From: Daphnia carinata
Taxonomy: Eukaryota
Assembly: GCF_022539665.2 (NCBI RefSeq)
Contig: NC_081334.1
Location: forward strand, 1,674,001-1,738,000
DNA: 64,000 nucleotides
Reading direction: 5' to 3'
Part shown: one piece after another, positions 1 to 15,114 of the stretch
How positions within the stretch are numbered: the stretch's first letter is position 1
Layout: the number at the start of each line of letters is the position of its first letter
Made by a program: the position numbers and the translations under genes
The notes under the pieces: model-generated
Seen by the model: the letters and a program-made list of their open reading frames with translations, nothing else
Told to the model about the DNA's origin: nothing
The model's database searches: none

Positions 1-709
1 CGCATGAAAGATAACATGAAAGTACAAACAAATATGCCTTAAGCCAAACAAAAAAACAGATGCAAGGTTAACATTTTCCCTTTAGCACGTACACACCCTT
101 TTGTATTTGAATCGGCTGCATCTTCCCGCTTTATATTTAATCGATAATTTAGTTGAAAAGAACCGAAATGAATTTTTTTGTTCAAGTACAGTACATGATT
201 AAGAATGATGATGCATGTTAGTATGATTATCATCGTTAGTGGATAAATTTTACCTGTTTTACTTGCACTATTAATCATGTTGCCAGGTGTTTGTAAAAAC
301 GGTCAAGTAACTTTTTGGTCCAATTTAAGGCGAGATAATAAGCTCTTCCTGCATTTTCATTCAACCTATAGCAACATATGGTCTGATAAGTATGCTTATC
401 GATGACGATACGAACGTTGCCCCACACTAAACTATCTTCAAAAGCTTCGACGATCATTCTGGACTACCTAATCCGTAGTTAAGTTTTGCTTCCAGCATAT
501 TTCGTTTTTAGCTTATTGCCACCAGTGCCTTGTGTACAACCGTTGACTTTTGAATAGTTAGACTCCAATTGGAAACTTTGTCGTTATTACAGTTGTTGCT
601 CTGATTTTCTAAAATACATAATATGTTTATATTATTTAAAAATTTTTAACTACGACCAATACTTGACCTGACATATTTTGTGGATTACGTGTTCACCAAC
701 TCCAGTAAA

Positions 710-1370
<661 letters not shown>

Positions 1371-2143
1371 CCGAAGCATTAAAACCGGCATGGGCTGCAA
1401 GTGGTACATAAATACCTTGTTTCATCTAATATAGATTTTCACACTGGTTAATGCTGGCTTTATGTTAACAGTACAGTCATTTAATGGCACGGATAGTGAA
1501 AACTATTTTTAGGAATATTCATAAGCTTCCTATAGGAATTCATGGAATTTGGGTGGCAGCATCTAGTTCATCACCATAATTGGGAAACACCCTCTATATA
1601 TACATCAGCACATAGATATGTAAAGAAATAAATGTTTTTGATTTAAATCAAATCTTTTTAAATGTGATCTGAACCTGTCATAAGCTTGCTTCAGTCTCTC
1701 AGACTGCACATCTGTATATTCATCCAACGTTCAGGCTTCTCCCTATATCAACCATTGAAAATTTTAGTGTGCTTCCGAAATTTTCACAGCTAAAATAAGG
1801 CCACAAGCTTTGCAAGCTAGATATTACTGTTTTGGGTTTTGATCCACTTCATGGCGCAGTTGTTTTTAGAAGTCTAGCGTCTGCAAGACAAGACATTCTG
1901 CATATTCCATTTCTGAAGACACATCTCTACAGGTTATTAACCCGGCGGCTCGTAAATTCATCTGCCACCTAACCAATCAATATTCGCGTTTTTCACAGTG
2001 TTTTCCGAAAAAAAAAAAACGTAGACGGAGAAACGAAAGAAAACTACAGCAATTGAATTTCATCTGCTTACAAACGTGCTTACACGACTGCATGGAAAGC
2101 GTCTCTGGCAACTCAATGGGTTGACTGAAGTTACCTCATAACT

Positions 2144-2419
2144 TCAACTCCTCGAACTGCCATTCGAATAAATTTTATTTAAAGTAGGCCTACACTAAAA
2201 CTGTCGATGCAAAAAAAATGTTTTTATGTTAGATGATGGATATAGATAGAACATGACAGATTTTAGTTGTAGAGCATGAAATACAACAGATATGAATAGT
2301 AAATGTCACTTGTATTGTTTCTCGAGACAAAAGCGCGAAAATATCTGAATAAAAAAGAATTCCCGTTAAACAACAAATTTCAATTATGCAATAGAAGAAA
2401 AAAAAGGCGTGCGTACATT
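2144..2419. repeat. ~270-bp dispersed direct repeat, copy 1 (copy 2 at 4068-4337)
   Basis: Both copies run TCAACTCCTC.AACTGCCATTCGAAT ... AAATGTCACTTGTATTGTTTCTCGAGACAAAAGCGCGAAAATATC ... GAAGAAAAAAAAGGCG.GCGTACATT. Confidence 0.85.
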
Positions 2420-2476
2420 CTAGCAAGTACCAGGTACCAGCCTATTAGTCTGTCATCTTGAACACTGGTTTCCCAC

Positions 2477-2621
2477 TGCCTTTAATTCGCCCACTAGCAT
2501 TGCCCACTGTAATTTTGCTTCTTATTTTGATTTGCCTTAATTCGCCCACTAGCATCGCTCACCGTAATTCTGCTTCTTATTTTGATTTGCCTTTAATTCG
2601 CCCACTAGCATCGCTCACTGT
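2477..2621. repeat. Tandem repeat, ~55-bp unit, ~2.7 copies
   Basis: TGCCT(T)TAATTCGCCCACTAGCAT occurs three times, with ...GCTTCTTATTTTGATT between copies. Confidence 0.9.
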
Positions 2622-3441
2622 TACCATATCACCTATCGCTCACTATCCCCGCCCTCTTCCAACACTTGTTCGCGATTATGACATTCTCTCCAGGTGGAAC
2701 CGTGTAATCACCAGATGTACGCACGCCAATACATATTTGGATTGCCAACTCTTATATACCGTTGATTTCATGAGGAAACTGTGTTAACAACGACCCCAGA
2801 ACCATTTTTCTTTCTTGTATAAAGTGAAATGAAAAATTTTGGGAAAAAAACAAATGAACTTTGAAGGAAATTTGATAGGCTACCGATTGCATAATTGAAA
2901 ATAAACACAAAGTGACACTGACAACAACAAAATGAAAGAAACTTACAAACTACCTCTCTAGAATGCGAATTTCACGCAATCTGGTCTCAGCCGTAGCGAC
3001 GGTGCTTGACCCTTGTGCCTGACGTTCATCATTTCTGGTTTTCTCAGTTTCCCTCATGCAAAGGCATAGGGTTAAGTTAGGCGTTGCCGTCATGGAAAAT
3101 TTTGATACACGTTTATTGTTTATTTTTTCAGTTTTTTTAAATGCAATACCAATACTTGTTCACCATCTTAATATTTTTTATTTAATGAAATATTATTTTA
3201 CTAAATAACGGTGTGTTTTCAATGAAATTAGTATAACTTGCCACTACTTTAGCGCCACCTCATGGTAGTTTGTACACATTTCAATACTTAAAATTTAATT
3301 ATAAATCATTACATTTAATATTTTAAGTTATATTGTGACATTCCTTGCGTTACCAGGAATCTAAATATTATGTTTTTATTACTTCAAAACTAAAACCAAT
3401 GCCCGAACGAAGGGCCCAAAGTTTTCGATTTTTTGTAGTTT

Positions 3442-3835
3442 TCCCCTCCTCCCAGTAATACACGAAATTAAAAAATTCATTATCTAGGAAACTATAGGTC
3501 CAAAATGCAAAATTTGAACAGAAATGAATAGGTCTCCTCAGGTGCTATCCATTTCTGTAAAATTTGAATAAGAATTTTCATAAACAAAAAAAAGTTTAAA
3601 CAAAATTTTTTTTCTAGTTTTTGCGGTCTATGGATATACTCGACCCAATAGACTTAAGTAAAAGATAGCACGCCTTTTCATTTTTTTTTGTTTATGTAAC
3701 TAATTCTACAAATTTAACAGAAACGAATAGCCCTCATAAAGAGCTTTCCATTTCTGTAAAAATTTTTCATTTCGGACTTATAGTTTTCCCAGCAATAATT
3801 ATTTTTTTTTTCGTATGTAATTGCGAATAGGGGAT
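3442..3835. repeat. Degenerate palindrome (~155-bp arms, ~85-bp spacer), MITE-like
   Basis: GGAAACTATAGGTCCAAAATG...CATTTCTGTAAAATTTG...CATAAACAAAAAAAA is mirrored by TTTTTTTTGTTTATG...CAAATTTAACAGAAACG...CATTTCGGACTTATAGTTTTCC. Confidence 0.65.
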
Positions 3836-4067
3836 TCCCCGGGACCCGTTAAACCGCACCAACCTTCTCGAAAAATTGTCAATCGGTTACACTCGAGTAG
3901 GTATTTTTCAAGCAATTTGGTTATGTTCAAAATGCCAGTCGAAACCAATACGACTTGCCACAAATATGAAAAATAAATAAAGCAAATTTAACAATAAAAC
4001 AAAATGTGTATTTCATGAAACGGGGCAAACAGGGTACAAATCGGTATAATCGGGTTACCAAATAATC

Positions 4068-4337
4068 TCAACTCCTCAAACTGCCATTCGAATTAATTTT
4101 AATTTTAAGTACACTGAAACTGTCGTAAAACAAAATGTTTTTATTTTAGATGTATGGATTTTAGTTGTAGACCACCAAATAGGACGAATACCAAATTTGA
4201 ATAATAAATGTCACTTGTATTGTTTCTCGAGACAAAAGCGCGAAAATATCAGAACAAAAAAGAATCCCCGATTAACATGTATAATACTTAAGAAATTTCA
4301 ATCATGCAATAGAAGAAAAAAAAGGCGCGCGTACATT
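4068..4337. repeat. ~270-bp dispersed direct repeat, copy 2
   Basis: Aligns by eye with 2144-2419, with indels. Confidence 0.85.
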
Positions 4338-5399
4338 GACTAACCACTGCCGCCAACGATTTCGCGGTAGAAACTACTCGCCATCTGCTGGAAGTTATAG
4401 GAAGAAGCTGATTGGTTTAGCTTCTGATACTTTTCCTGTTGTTTTTGGCGCGTATTGTTAGAGCTTCCATTTTGTACCTTTCCTTTGTACGTGATACAGT
4501 GTCAATCATTCCCCACCAATAATTGGTTTCTAGTTCCTACAATGGGATTCAGAAGTATGAGCAAGATATCCAACGAAAGGATTAAATAAGTAAGTAATGT
4601 CTTACCATAAATATTGGAATGTGTTCGTTGTCGAATTGTTGTCCATATTGTTGTGCTTGTGTGTGTGTGTGCTTGCTGTGGAAGCAGACGTACTTTGAAA
4701 CTATTAGTTTGCTAAAACAAATTGTCGCCATAATAGGTGGAGGTCTGGAGGAAGAACACCAAGATACCACTCTTGTAATACTGCCAATAATTCACCATAT
4801 ATGCTGGTAAGTGTTTTATTGCTTTATTCCTTCTTACAGTGTATAAATACTAAGCACCTCAGCTACGATGACGAATTACGCTGATGCCATTTTCATACAA
4901 CTTGTAAGAATTTCACGCCTGATTATCGTAATTCCACGTGAATGCTGGTACCGCCAACTTGCACAGAAAAGAGACTGAAGTGTTCTGTTATATTTCAAAA
5001 CCGTTTGCTAGTTTACGATATTGAAAGGAAAACAATTACATACATGGTTTTAGTTTTCGATCAACACAACATGAAACAAAATGGAGTGGCTAATCGATAC
5101 AACAGCCATTAGATGACAGAATGTTGGGTTTTGATAAGAAACTGTGGCATATCCATCTAATCATGTGTGATGATTAATACTACATATCATTTTGAATATG
5201 CAGTTGATTATAGTTGGGTGGACCACTGCGTTGATCGAAAACCATTTCAAGCTCGATTAATAGAAATGAACAAAACTTTGTTCAAATTCTTCGCCCTAGC
5301 CTTTACCATAGGCATTTGTAGTGTAGGCCGTGTCCCATCACCGGTGACTAAAACGAGTTTGAAGTTAGACTATGTATATGTAGGGTATGTGAAGTATTG

Positions 5400-5450
5400 C
5401 GCTGTGGCATAGTTCGCGGCTGCCATGCAAATTTCACGGGTTCGAATCTT
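5400..5450 (+). repeat. Degenerate tRNA-like/SINE-like head
   Basis: A-box-like TGGCATAGT and B-box-like GGTTCGAATC, followed by a ~130-bp almost pure AT tract. No intact cloverleaf. Confidence 0.35.
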
Positions 5451-8290
5451 TGTTATTTAAAAAATTATATTAATATAAATATTAATATAGTTATATAAAC
5501 TAATAAATATTTAATATTTAATAAATATAATAAATACTTATAAAATTATTAAATACTATAAATATTAAATATTTATTAGTTTATTTAGCTGTGTTAAAAA
5601 ATGTTGGTAAGCTATTCTAGATTGCCCTATTCCAAAACAACAACCATTTACTTTGTGTAAGAGAAAGTGCGGCATTAGTCAACAAAAAAATCGTAAACTT
5701 TTATGCTCTTTACAGCAGCGTAGTTACAATAAGTTCTATACCTGCTTGCATATTATCGGATTAATCATGGGGAATGGCAATTTGAATTTGCCTGCGGCTA
5801 CAGTAGAAATATTCCTGTTTCGCAGGGAAGCGTGACTTGTTTTTCGTTTCCAGTCATTGTCGTTTGTTTTCAAAGTTATTTCTTGTTCTCAATAAGAGTT
5901 GGATCTGTGCATTCATCTTGTATGTTATCCGCCTGACTTTTCTTGCAACGTAAATTTTGCGTATGTGGCGCCCATCCAAGTTACAGCATTTTTTGGTTTG
6001 CCCTTGAGTTTTTGTTTGTTTCTTTGAACAGATGTTTCTATGCGAATCTTTTATAGCGAAGAATTCAGGCAGCGTTCCCAACAAGTAATGGCCGTATGCC
6101 TAAACGAAACATTAAAAGAAAATGATTAAATAAGATAAATTATCGATAATTAAAACACTTGTCCTAAAGCTGAAGCCCCAGAAATGTAAAACTTCTTTGA
6201 GATTCTCTTGAGGCAAGCATTGAATTGAATACCACATATCCCAGTGCTAAAATGGGTCATCTACCTAAGGCAACGTCGTTGTTGAAAATTTGAACGTGCT
6301 AAAGGCGATCGGATTACGTGATCTACTATTCTATTTTATTGTGAAATGTACTTTTTTTAGTAATCGACTTGCTGTCCTGTCTCAAACGACAGCTACCTAC
6401 TTTGTTTAATAGAAAGTGGCAAACTCCAAAGGGTAAACATTTGCAGCAAGTCATTTTCGTGGAAAATGGTTTTATAACAAAATGTGATGAACTCCAAATA
6501 GGTCAACCTAAGTCAACGTCCAGCACATATAGCTACAGGCGTAACCGGAACCATTCTTGCGCAAGAGTCTTATTGTTAGGTTTCCCCTGCAGTAGTTTTT
6601 CTTTCGCATGGCATTGGGTGGAAAAAGTGTGACGTCATAAAGTGATCACGTCATAAAGTAATGACGGCAAATGAAAGCGGACACGGTTGATACAGGCTAT
6701 TCATTTGAAATTAATCACATAAAATACGACATGGCCGTCACGCAGGGCATCAATGTCGTCAGTGTCAGTTTTGCAACATGGTTTTCGGCTAAAACCTTAT
6801 AACGTAAGCGGGAAAATAAAATATGCATTTCCGTGAATGTTCTTTTGATGCGGCCTGTTGTGTCAAGCCTCTAGAATTTCCAAAACTACGCATTAAAAAA
6901 CTGAATAGTCATTTCCAGACAAAAAAGCTGGGTGTTCAGTAAAAGGTAAAGATGTTCCCAAGATGGCCTGCGCAAGTTCCAATACAATCGCTCTATGCCT
7001 TTTGCATGCAAATACAAAACAGACAAGACGAGTCTGGGGAGCAGTAACATCCTCAAGGGCATGACGATGGAGCTGGCAAAAAAACACAACCGGTATAAAA
7101 AAGAATTTTGACTGCGTTATTGAATCTGTTATCACAACCAAAATTTCACAGTTCCGTGTGTATTTTAAAGATTGCATAGCATGTACTTTGGGGTCGGTTC
7201 AAGCAGACACATGAGAATACCATAATTCTGGTTTTCTCAACACGAGAAGAAAAAAGTTAAAAGATTTAGGCAAATCATTAAGTTCCAACCGATCCCATTT
7301 TTAAATTACTTTTATATAAAATCATTTACTTTGATTTTCTTTATGATTAATGCAGACATTCAAGCTTCATCGAACTGTATCGCCAAGATTGAATTGGTGC
7401 GGTGTAACGTGACGTCCCGAGATTGCACTCCTCTTCCTCGATGGCTTCTGACCTTCAACGTAAGCACGACGTAGACCATAGTGGGTGTGCTATTGATGGG
7501 TGGGCCTTTTTGACCATCATCCAAACAAAGACGCATAGTAAACACCTAGACCAAACATAGCTTTGTAACGTGAAGAATATTCTTCAAACTAGATCGCTGT
7601 GTAATCGTGTCTTTTAAAAAAAGGCACTCGTCGTTGAGCTTTAGGTATGAAAGTGGGATATTCAGCATACAATTCAAGGTCCTCGTCGATTTGCTATTTT
7701 TACATTCACAATTGAATGCCAGATAAGAAGAATGTTGCATACCAAGCGGAAGGGGTTTGCAAAGTCCTGTTGTGTATTTTCATTGTCCCATTGCGTACAC
7801 GAACCGATAGGGGTGTTGCAACTCGTATTCAGGAATAATAGGGCGTATACTGGTGCCCTGAAACCCGCAAGATCTACGGAAATGCAACGTCAAACCACAC
7901 GTTTCATACCTTTTTAGTAGTTGGATTTAACCTTGACGATGCCCATTTCGAACGCTGAAATACCGGAGGACAGCGTGCGTTCAGACGCTCATAGCTGCGG
8001 GCATAGTCTGCTCAAAATTTAGAGCTAGAGGCGAAAGTGGAGAGGTGCATATGTTGGTGATGAAACTCATGCGTATGCAAGGCGAAAGGACTTAGTCGTT
8101 AGCTAAGTTTCCCCGTCAGCACACGTGTTGGTGAATGCCTACCGATGGTTGTATTTGAAAGGTCTTTACCTAGTCCACTTGTTGCGGTCTGATGGTTGTG
8201 ATCAGTTTTCAAACCAGTTACTACTGGATAAAGTACTTCCTGAGCTCTCGCTGCTCATCAGGTTGAAACGTTCATCTTGCCAAAAGGAAA

Positions 8291-10340
8291 ATGGAGTTGC
8301 TCTTGCGTGTCATCATTGTGGCGATAATCGTTCGTGTCGAATTCACGTGTGCAGAGAATGCGACACAACAGAGATGTTGTCCTGGTAACCAGGTGCTGGA
8401 CATTGAACTACGCAAATGTGTCAATAATTTAACCGTACACAAGACCTACCAGGAAGACTCGGGAGTGAACGATCCGCTTTTCCCATGTACAGATGGATGG
8501 GAAACGTTCAAGACGGATGAGCTCTCTGCTGGTGTTATGATAGAACCTCGGTTTAATCAAACTCTTCAATTAGCTCAATATTGTGTTCATTCCATTGTGC
8601 TTCAGGACGGACGTACAGAGGCCGTAGTGGCGTATTGCAGAGCTCCATTGTTGGAAGTCAAAAAATGTTGCCCGCTTGGTCAGTCGGTCAATCGTGATTC
8701 AGTCGGAAAGTGCGTCCCGAGCGATGATGTTTTCAATGCTTCTAAAATCGTCACACCAACTGGGTTGCCATTTAAAATCGTGGCTAATTCTTCGCTGAAT
8801 TGCGAACATGATTATAATATTTACGTGCCAAAACTGTTCGTTGATAACAGATATCAAATCAACGCATCGGGCCACTTTGCCGTAAAGAAGGCCTTGTACA
8901 AAGTCTTGCGTCATTCTAGTAATTATTGTGTTGACACAGCCATCAGTGCCCAAGGAAGCCAAGAGGTAAGCATTTGATATGATCTTTTATTAATGTTTAA
9001 TTTAACATCTGTACGATTTGATCTGTTAAGGATATCGCCATGATTTGCCTGCCGCGGACAATGTACCTGTTGCGATACCTGCTCTGGGGCGTCTATTCGT
9101 ACCTGCATTACATTTCGGCATTCTTCCTTGTTTTGACGCTACTTGTTTACCTCATCTTCCCTGCGCTGCGAGACAACATCCAGGGCTACTCTATGATCTG
9201 CTTTTTAATTTGCATGATTGTAGTCCAAGTAGAATATGGAATTCTTCTCTCACTACCAACCGAGCCGCATACTTGGTGTTTTTTCAAAAGTAACTATAAA
9301 CAATTGACAATTACTAGATCAAACTTAAATTACTCTTTGTATTTCTAGCACAAGCCAGCAATTATTTTCGGTATGCATCATCTACTTGGATTACTGTGAT
9401 GGGCTTCAACATTTGGAGTCAATTAAGGTAACATTAATTATGTTTAATCTTTATTTCTAACTTTTGTAAATATCAAAGACAATTGTTCATTTCAGCTATG
9501 GTCCTAGATCATTAAAGAAAAAGGACCTATTGATTCGTTTTGGGTTGTGTTCGCTCTACGCTTGGGGGTTACCTCTCGTCTTACAAATGGTTGTGATTTT
9601 ATATCGCAATAGTTTGGGACCACCCGTCCGCCTTTGTTGGTTCGGAGATCCAATCAGTAAGATTCCTTAATATATCGCAAGTCAATCTATTCAGCTAATA
9701 CGTCATGTTCTATTTTTCCAGTCAAACATTTATTAAGTACACCCAATGTGGTGTTGGTGACAGCCAACTTGATTTTTTTCATCCCGAGTGCGCTCAAGGT
9801 TTACGGAAGTCTCCGCTTTTTGAAAACTTCCGTTTCACGCGTGGCTTTAAACAAACTGGAAAAACAAAGGTAATTACATTTATTTTATTGCATTAAAACT
9901 TGTTAAACAGGAATTTTCGATGACACAGGATCACGACAATATTTCGTTTCTTCTTGTTGATGCAGTTCTACACGATCCCGAGGATCGTTCACGAAATTGT
10001 GGATGCAGATAGTGCGTCTCCAGAGTTTCTTATCTTCAGTATCTCCCTGTACATGCTGATAGGACCGGCTATGTTTTATTTCTTCGTTTGCAAAAACGAA
10101 GTCTTCAAGATGATCACAGAATTCCTAACGAAAGTTAAGGAATCTGCATCACAGGCCAGTACTTCAAGTAAATTATCATCGGGCACAGTTAAATTCTGGA
10201 AATCGCGGTCATACGAAACGTCTTCGACTCGAGTCCCTGAAACCAACACCACTCTTACGGCGACGCACATTGAAGCAATCAAATACCAACACAACGGAGA
10301 AGAGAACCCGGCCTACGTTAGCGAGGAAATAAGTGCGTAA
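8291..10340 (+). CDS. Methuselah-like (Mth) class B GPCR, ~6 exons
   Basis: Signal peptide MELLLRVIIVAIIV. Two Cys-rich modules (RCCPGNQ..YCV, KCCPLGQ..NYCVD). 7TM region with FLVLTLLVYLIFPALRDNIQG, WITVMGFNIW, SLYAWGLPL and CWF. Exons splice in frame. Confidence 0.8.
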
Positions 10341-10876
10341 ACTAAAAAAAAAAAAGGCTGTACTATTATGATCGATTTATATATGAAATTAAAAACAACA
10401 CTTCACCCTGGCAATGTAAAACATTGAATACCGTAAGAAAAATAATTATGCGGAATAAGCATCAGTTAAGGAACGTCCATTTTCATAGAGACCTAATCAA
10501 ATTTAACCAGTTTTTGTTTTCTTGGGCAATACGTATATATTTTACCAACAAAGCAAAATGGCAGCAGTTTGGGATATTGAGAGAGATCAACATGTTGATA
10601 GAATCGGAAACGCTATTGCAATTACAAAGATTTAATCTACCCATTAGGGATGATGTGACATTACAAACAAATGAAAATCCATAAACATGAGGCAATCGAT
10701 TCGCATGAACAGACGTTTGCTAACCACTTTGTTTTTATCCATTAAAAATTAAGATCTTCACGAACAATTATTGAATTTTTTAAAAGAAAAAAAAGGTGCT
10801 TATTTAGAAAAAGGGGAAATGGGAAACAATTTCACTTGCGATGACTGGTTAGATATTTGACGATTGTTTGACAATT

Positions 10877-13800
10877 TCAAATTGGTCGAGGTGTGTGAAG
10901 TCCTGTAACGGTGGAGGTCAATAAAGGCTGATGAGACTCACCTGGAGGCCCCCAATCGTTGAGACCGCCCTGAGATGAAAGCCGGTGAATGAGACGATGG
11001 GCAATAGCGAAACCACCACCGCCTTCAAGTTGAGTTAAAACCAACAACACTTGTCTATGCAGCGGTGGAATTGCATCTACTGTCAGTAGAGCTCCTCGAG
11101 TCGAAACGACATTGAAGCTCTCTTGACAATCGCAACGAACTTGTAGCCACTTGTCTGCATGGCGATTTTCTACTGTAACTACTAATCCGGCCTGCAGGAA
11201 TCAGTCAACAATTTTTAGAACATATTTTTCGACAACTTGTGATGATAACTTACCCATCCTTGAGTTAGATAATAAGCAGTCATACCCTCTCTGCCCTAGA
11301 ACACAAAGAAAGAAAACAAGTCATGAACCTTTCAATTAAAAAAATTAAACAGAAAATGTATCAAACCTCGTAGCGTTGGCCCTTGGCCATAGTGAGACTT
11401 ATGAGCCCATCGGCCAAAACAAAAGGCGAAGGTGTGATATGTTCGACGAGGAGTCGCTTGCTGCTGTGCAGAGCCAAGACACAAGGTGGATAGTGCGTTA
11501 CAGCACCCTCACCTGGATTTAGATTCCAATGATTGAAAGCCAAGCAGACGATGAGATACAGACCGGGTTCCAAGAATGCATTGGTTGCGACAAAGCCACG
11601 CAATTGCCGCCGACTATGCACGACGAGTTGGCCGACTTGAGGCGCAGCCACTGAGCCTGTGCGGTACAGTGCTACGCAAAGATCAACCGGCGAACGTTGC
11701 GATTTATCGGTGTGCCGACTGCCCTCCTGGAACAAGCTCAAATCCAATTCCGTTGGCTCTACCACGGTCACCAGGACGGCCAAAACGTGGTCTGAAAACG
11801 CACACGGAGGCAAGAGACCGGGCAATCGTACTTCACTCCACCCAAGGCGTACCTTGCAGACGTCGATGCAGTCAAAGAAAATCAGCGTATCCTGAAAAAT
11901 GACATGATATAAAAGAGGATACATTAAAAAATTATATGACTGTTGTCGGAATGCAATCAGTAGGGGGGGGGGGGGGGAGAAGGGAGTTGGAATCCATAAC
12001 AATTGGTTAGGCAATGTTGCTATAGTTCATTTGATGGGGGTTTTACTGTTTAATCGATTGTCATTTTATTGACGAACATGTTTAGATTGTGTAGGCTAAC
12101 CAACGGCCATTAGGCAACGGTTGGATGATAGTTCAGTCGTCAAAACAATATCGCAAAGAACAGAACGTCAGCGAGTGATTCAACACACCGCCATGGGTTC
12201 GCTTACGGATGGACAGCCACTTCAATTTTTGTTTTGGAAAAACGTATCTACAATAGAAGGTATGTCACTTAAACAAACGTCACTAACGTCAGCGTAAACA
12301 AGTGAAACATTTCCTTGTCCTTAATATCGGGATCCTATTCTGATAAAAGATAAGATTAAGCTTGTTTACCTGAAATGAAATCCAAAAGACACCTTCCTCA
12401 GCACCATGAGGCATACAAGTGGCCCGAAGTTCGGGATTCCAAAGTTTGGAGTCGTCCGCCCAATCACCACGCCAAGAGAAGTGGCCCCACGGGTTACGCA
12501 TCCTAAAAACGCAAGCCTAACTTAAAAACCAAGTTTAGAAGCACAACAACGGTAGCCTGTTACCGGAGAAGGCGGGGACCACCTTTCGAGCTGAAATCGA
12601 GCACATCGAGCACGGAATATGCGTGTCGTGGTCGTAAGCCCTTTTTTTGATACTCTTCCTCGTCTATTTTCATAGTTCCACCGCCGCATGAAGCGCCCAT
12701 TAAGAAACCTGTCAGAATAGCGAAATTTAATATTTACGTTGCAAAAAAAAAACTAAATAGAGCTGGGTGAACCTGCAGTCCGTGAGCTAAGAAGTCTAGC
12801 CCAAATTAAATCTTCATCTAAGCCTTCGGCCTCTTCGCCACTGCTTCCATTGGCGGACGGTTGGAGTGAAATACTCTCACAAGGAGCTCCGGTTAGAGAA
12901 GCAAGGCCTAGCGTCGAAGAGATTCAATTAGACATTACACATTGATTTTTCTTTTCTTTATAAATTAAGCGAACAAAAGAAATTACCTTCGATTGAACGA
13001 CCTGATACAAGCGCTCCATAGCCACCGTGAATCTTAGCCATTGCTTTTTCAATAAGTGGCACCCATAATTGTTTTCTCTTGGCCTGCGAGTAAAGCAGGT
13101 GTCCACGTTGGTCGCAAGGCAACAAATCGTCAACCAAGACAGTTCGCCACATTCCATCTTTACACAAGCGTACCTGTACAAAGTGGGCATTAGACAACAG
13201 ACACGGTTGGATGTAATCGATTAACTAGAACCTGATAAGCGCCTTCATTGCAGACTTCCCTAGTGACCATAACGTTCCGCACCAACTCGTCTCTTTCAGC
13301 TAAGACAGCGAGGGCGCTCAATAGCCAACAGTCACCTAGGATTCCCTGGCTGATGTCTGATGGCAGAGGCGTACGAAAAACGGCCCACCTAAAACAAAAA
13401 TGTCTTAACAAGGAATTTTATGAAATAACTTTTTCTTTCTTATGTACTTGACGTGGGATGCTTCGCTGCTCACTATTTGACTTGGTCGAAGCCATTGGAC
13501 TCCTTCCTGATTGCTGCTATGCAAAGAACGTCCGGTAGGCAGGAATGAATCGTCAACGAATTTATCACCGCTCGTTCGACAAAACCCGACGATCCGCTTC
13601 CATTTTAGACGTGCATGTTCCTCTTCCGTGTGGCGAAGAGAGGCGGATGGCTCACTTTCATGTCGGGAAATGGCGGCCGGGGCAGGTGGCGAAAGGGCTG
13701 TTAAGCTTCGACTTGATTGACACATTTCGCAGCTGTACGATTTAGGTTTTTTGTTATGGAACGTACAGGCGGAACATTGCCACCCTTCCTTTGTAATGGC

Positions 13801-15114
13801 TGGTGACGCGTTTCTAGTTGGTAAAGAAATAAGCTGGTTATTGGCCATGGCTGTTTCTTCAACTTCGCTGACAACCTGTTAGCCGAATAGGAACGCGATG
13901 AATATACGTTAGAAACAAGTAATGAAATTTGGTATCAAATATAAAACGTCAGAGCAATTTACAGGTAGCGGTAGATTCAAATTAAAAATACCTTTGTTTC
14001 CGCACGAGGAGTCACGGAGGTTTTACATGCTCTGCATTTGGAAATTGAGTTTGAATTAAGCAAGGTGCACTGAGGACATGACCAGGTGTCTTTCTTCTTG
14101 GGACTATTGCCAGAACCTAGACTTTCCATCTTCTTTTGGCTATACAACTGTGAGCAGCTGCAGGCCGAGCAAACGTTTTTGCCCACTGGATTGATTAACG
14201 TGCATTTTTTGCATGTCCAGCTAGTTTCGTGTCGATGGCTAGTAACCACCGCCCCGTTCTTTTTACCGTTCATGACAGGCGTCTCCTTGGCATGGCTGTC
14301 GGGCATAATTAATACAGTTTGTTAATTCTTACAAAGAAGATGTCACCTTATATTATTATGCACTCAATAAAAATAAGTTTGTACTTGTTGTCTGAGTTCA
14401 ATTCCGGTGTCCCACAGTTAACTACAATGGGTTTTCTTGGCAAGGTTAAGGGGATATTGGGACAGCGTGGTGCCTCACAAACCTCACAGCTATTGAGATC
14501 GACAAGATTGGAAAATGTGCAACGCTTGCAGGACCAAGTGGAGCTATTACTGTTTGGCTGCTGCAGAGTTTGATGTAGCTCTTGACTAGCTGATGTTTCT
14601 TTTGGTTTGCTGTTCATGCACGTCATGCAGTCCTGTGCACTAAAAAAATCATACTCTAATTTATGCAATTGTTTAAACTAAATAAGTGTAATTTTCATTT
14701 AAACTAACCTGGCAACATTCAGAAATAAGCAGTGAGGACAGGTCCATTTTGCTAAGAAAACAAGTGTTTTTTATTTATTGTCTTGCCTTTAATATATTGT
14801 TTAAAATTCAAGTTTTATTAGGAGATAACAATTCATTCAAAATATTTTCAAAGGACACTAAAAAATATAATACCTGCGGATGAAGAATGGTTGGAGTAGG
14901 ACAGAGAATGTTTAAGTTGAGATTGATTTTTTGAGGTCCGATTGTTCTCCTCCAGGGGAAAATTGACTGGTGAACACATTGGACGGACGTTTTCTTCTAC
15001 AGCATCCTGATGAGATCGTTTTGACCCGCAATTGAAGCAACAGCTCTTCTCAGTGGGATTAACCTGTAAACATAACTCACATTTCCATTGCAAGACTGAG
15101 GCAATCGTACCCAT
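10877..15114 (-). CDS. CAPN15: Calpain-D / small optic lobes (calpain-15), multi-exon
   Basis: N-terminal RanBP2-type Zn fingers (WKCELC, WSCKRC, WTCKKC, WSCPQC, WQCSAC). Catalytic motifs [17 protein letters not shown] and MRNPWG. SOH domain ending GLHTPRPI*. Confidence 0.93.

Noticed and set aside
39..457. Short minus-strand ORFs upstream of REEP5
   Set aside because: No recognisable motifs and no coherent spliced model could be built.
3249..4395. CTCF-like motifs (GCGCCACCTCATGG, CGCCATCTGCTGG; also ~40925)
   Set aside because: Short matches that cannot be supported without PWM scoring or ChIP data.
4582..8100. Many 60-95 aa ORFs
   Set aside because: Chance-length ORFs in AT-rich intergenic DNA with no family motifs.
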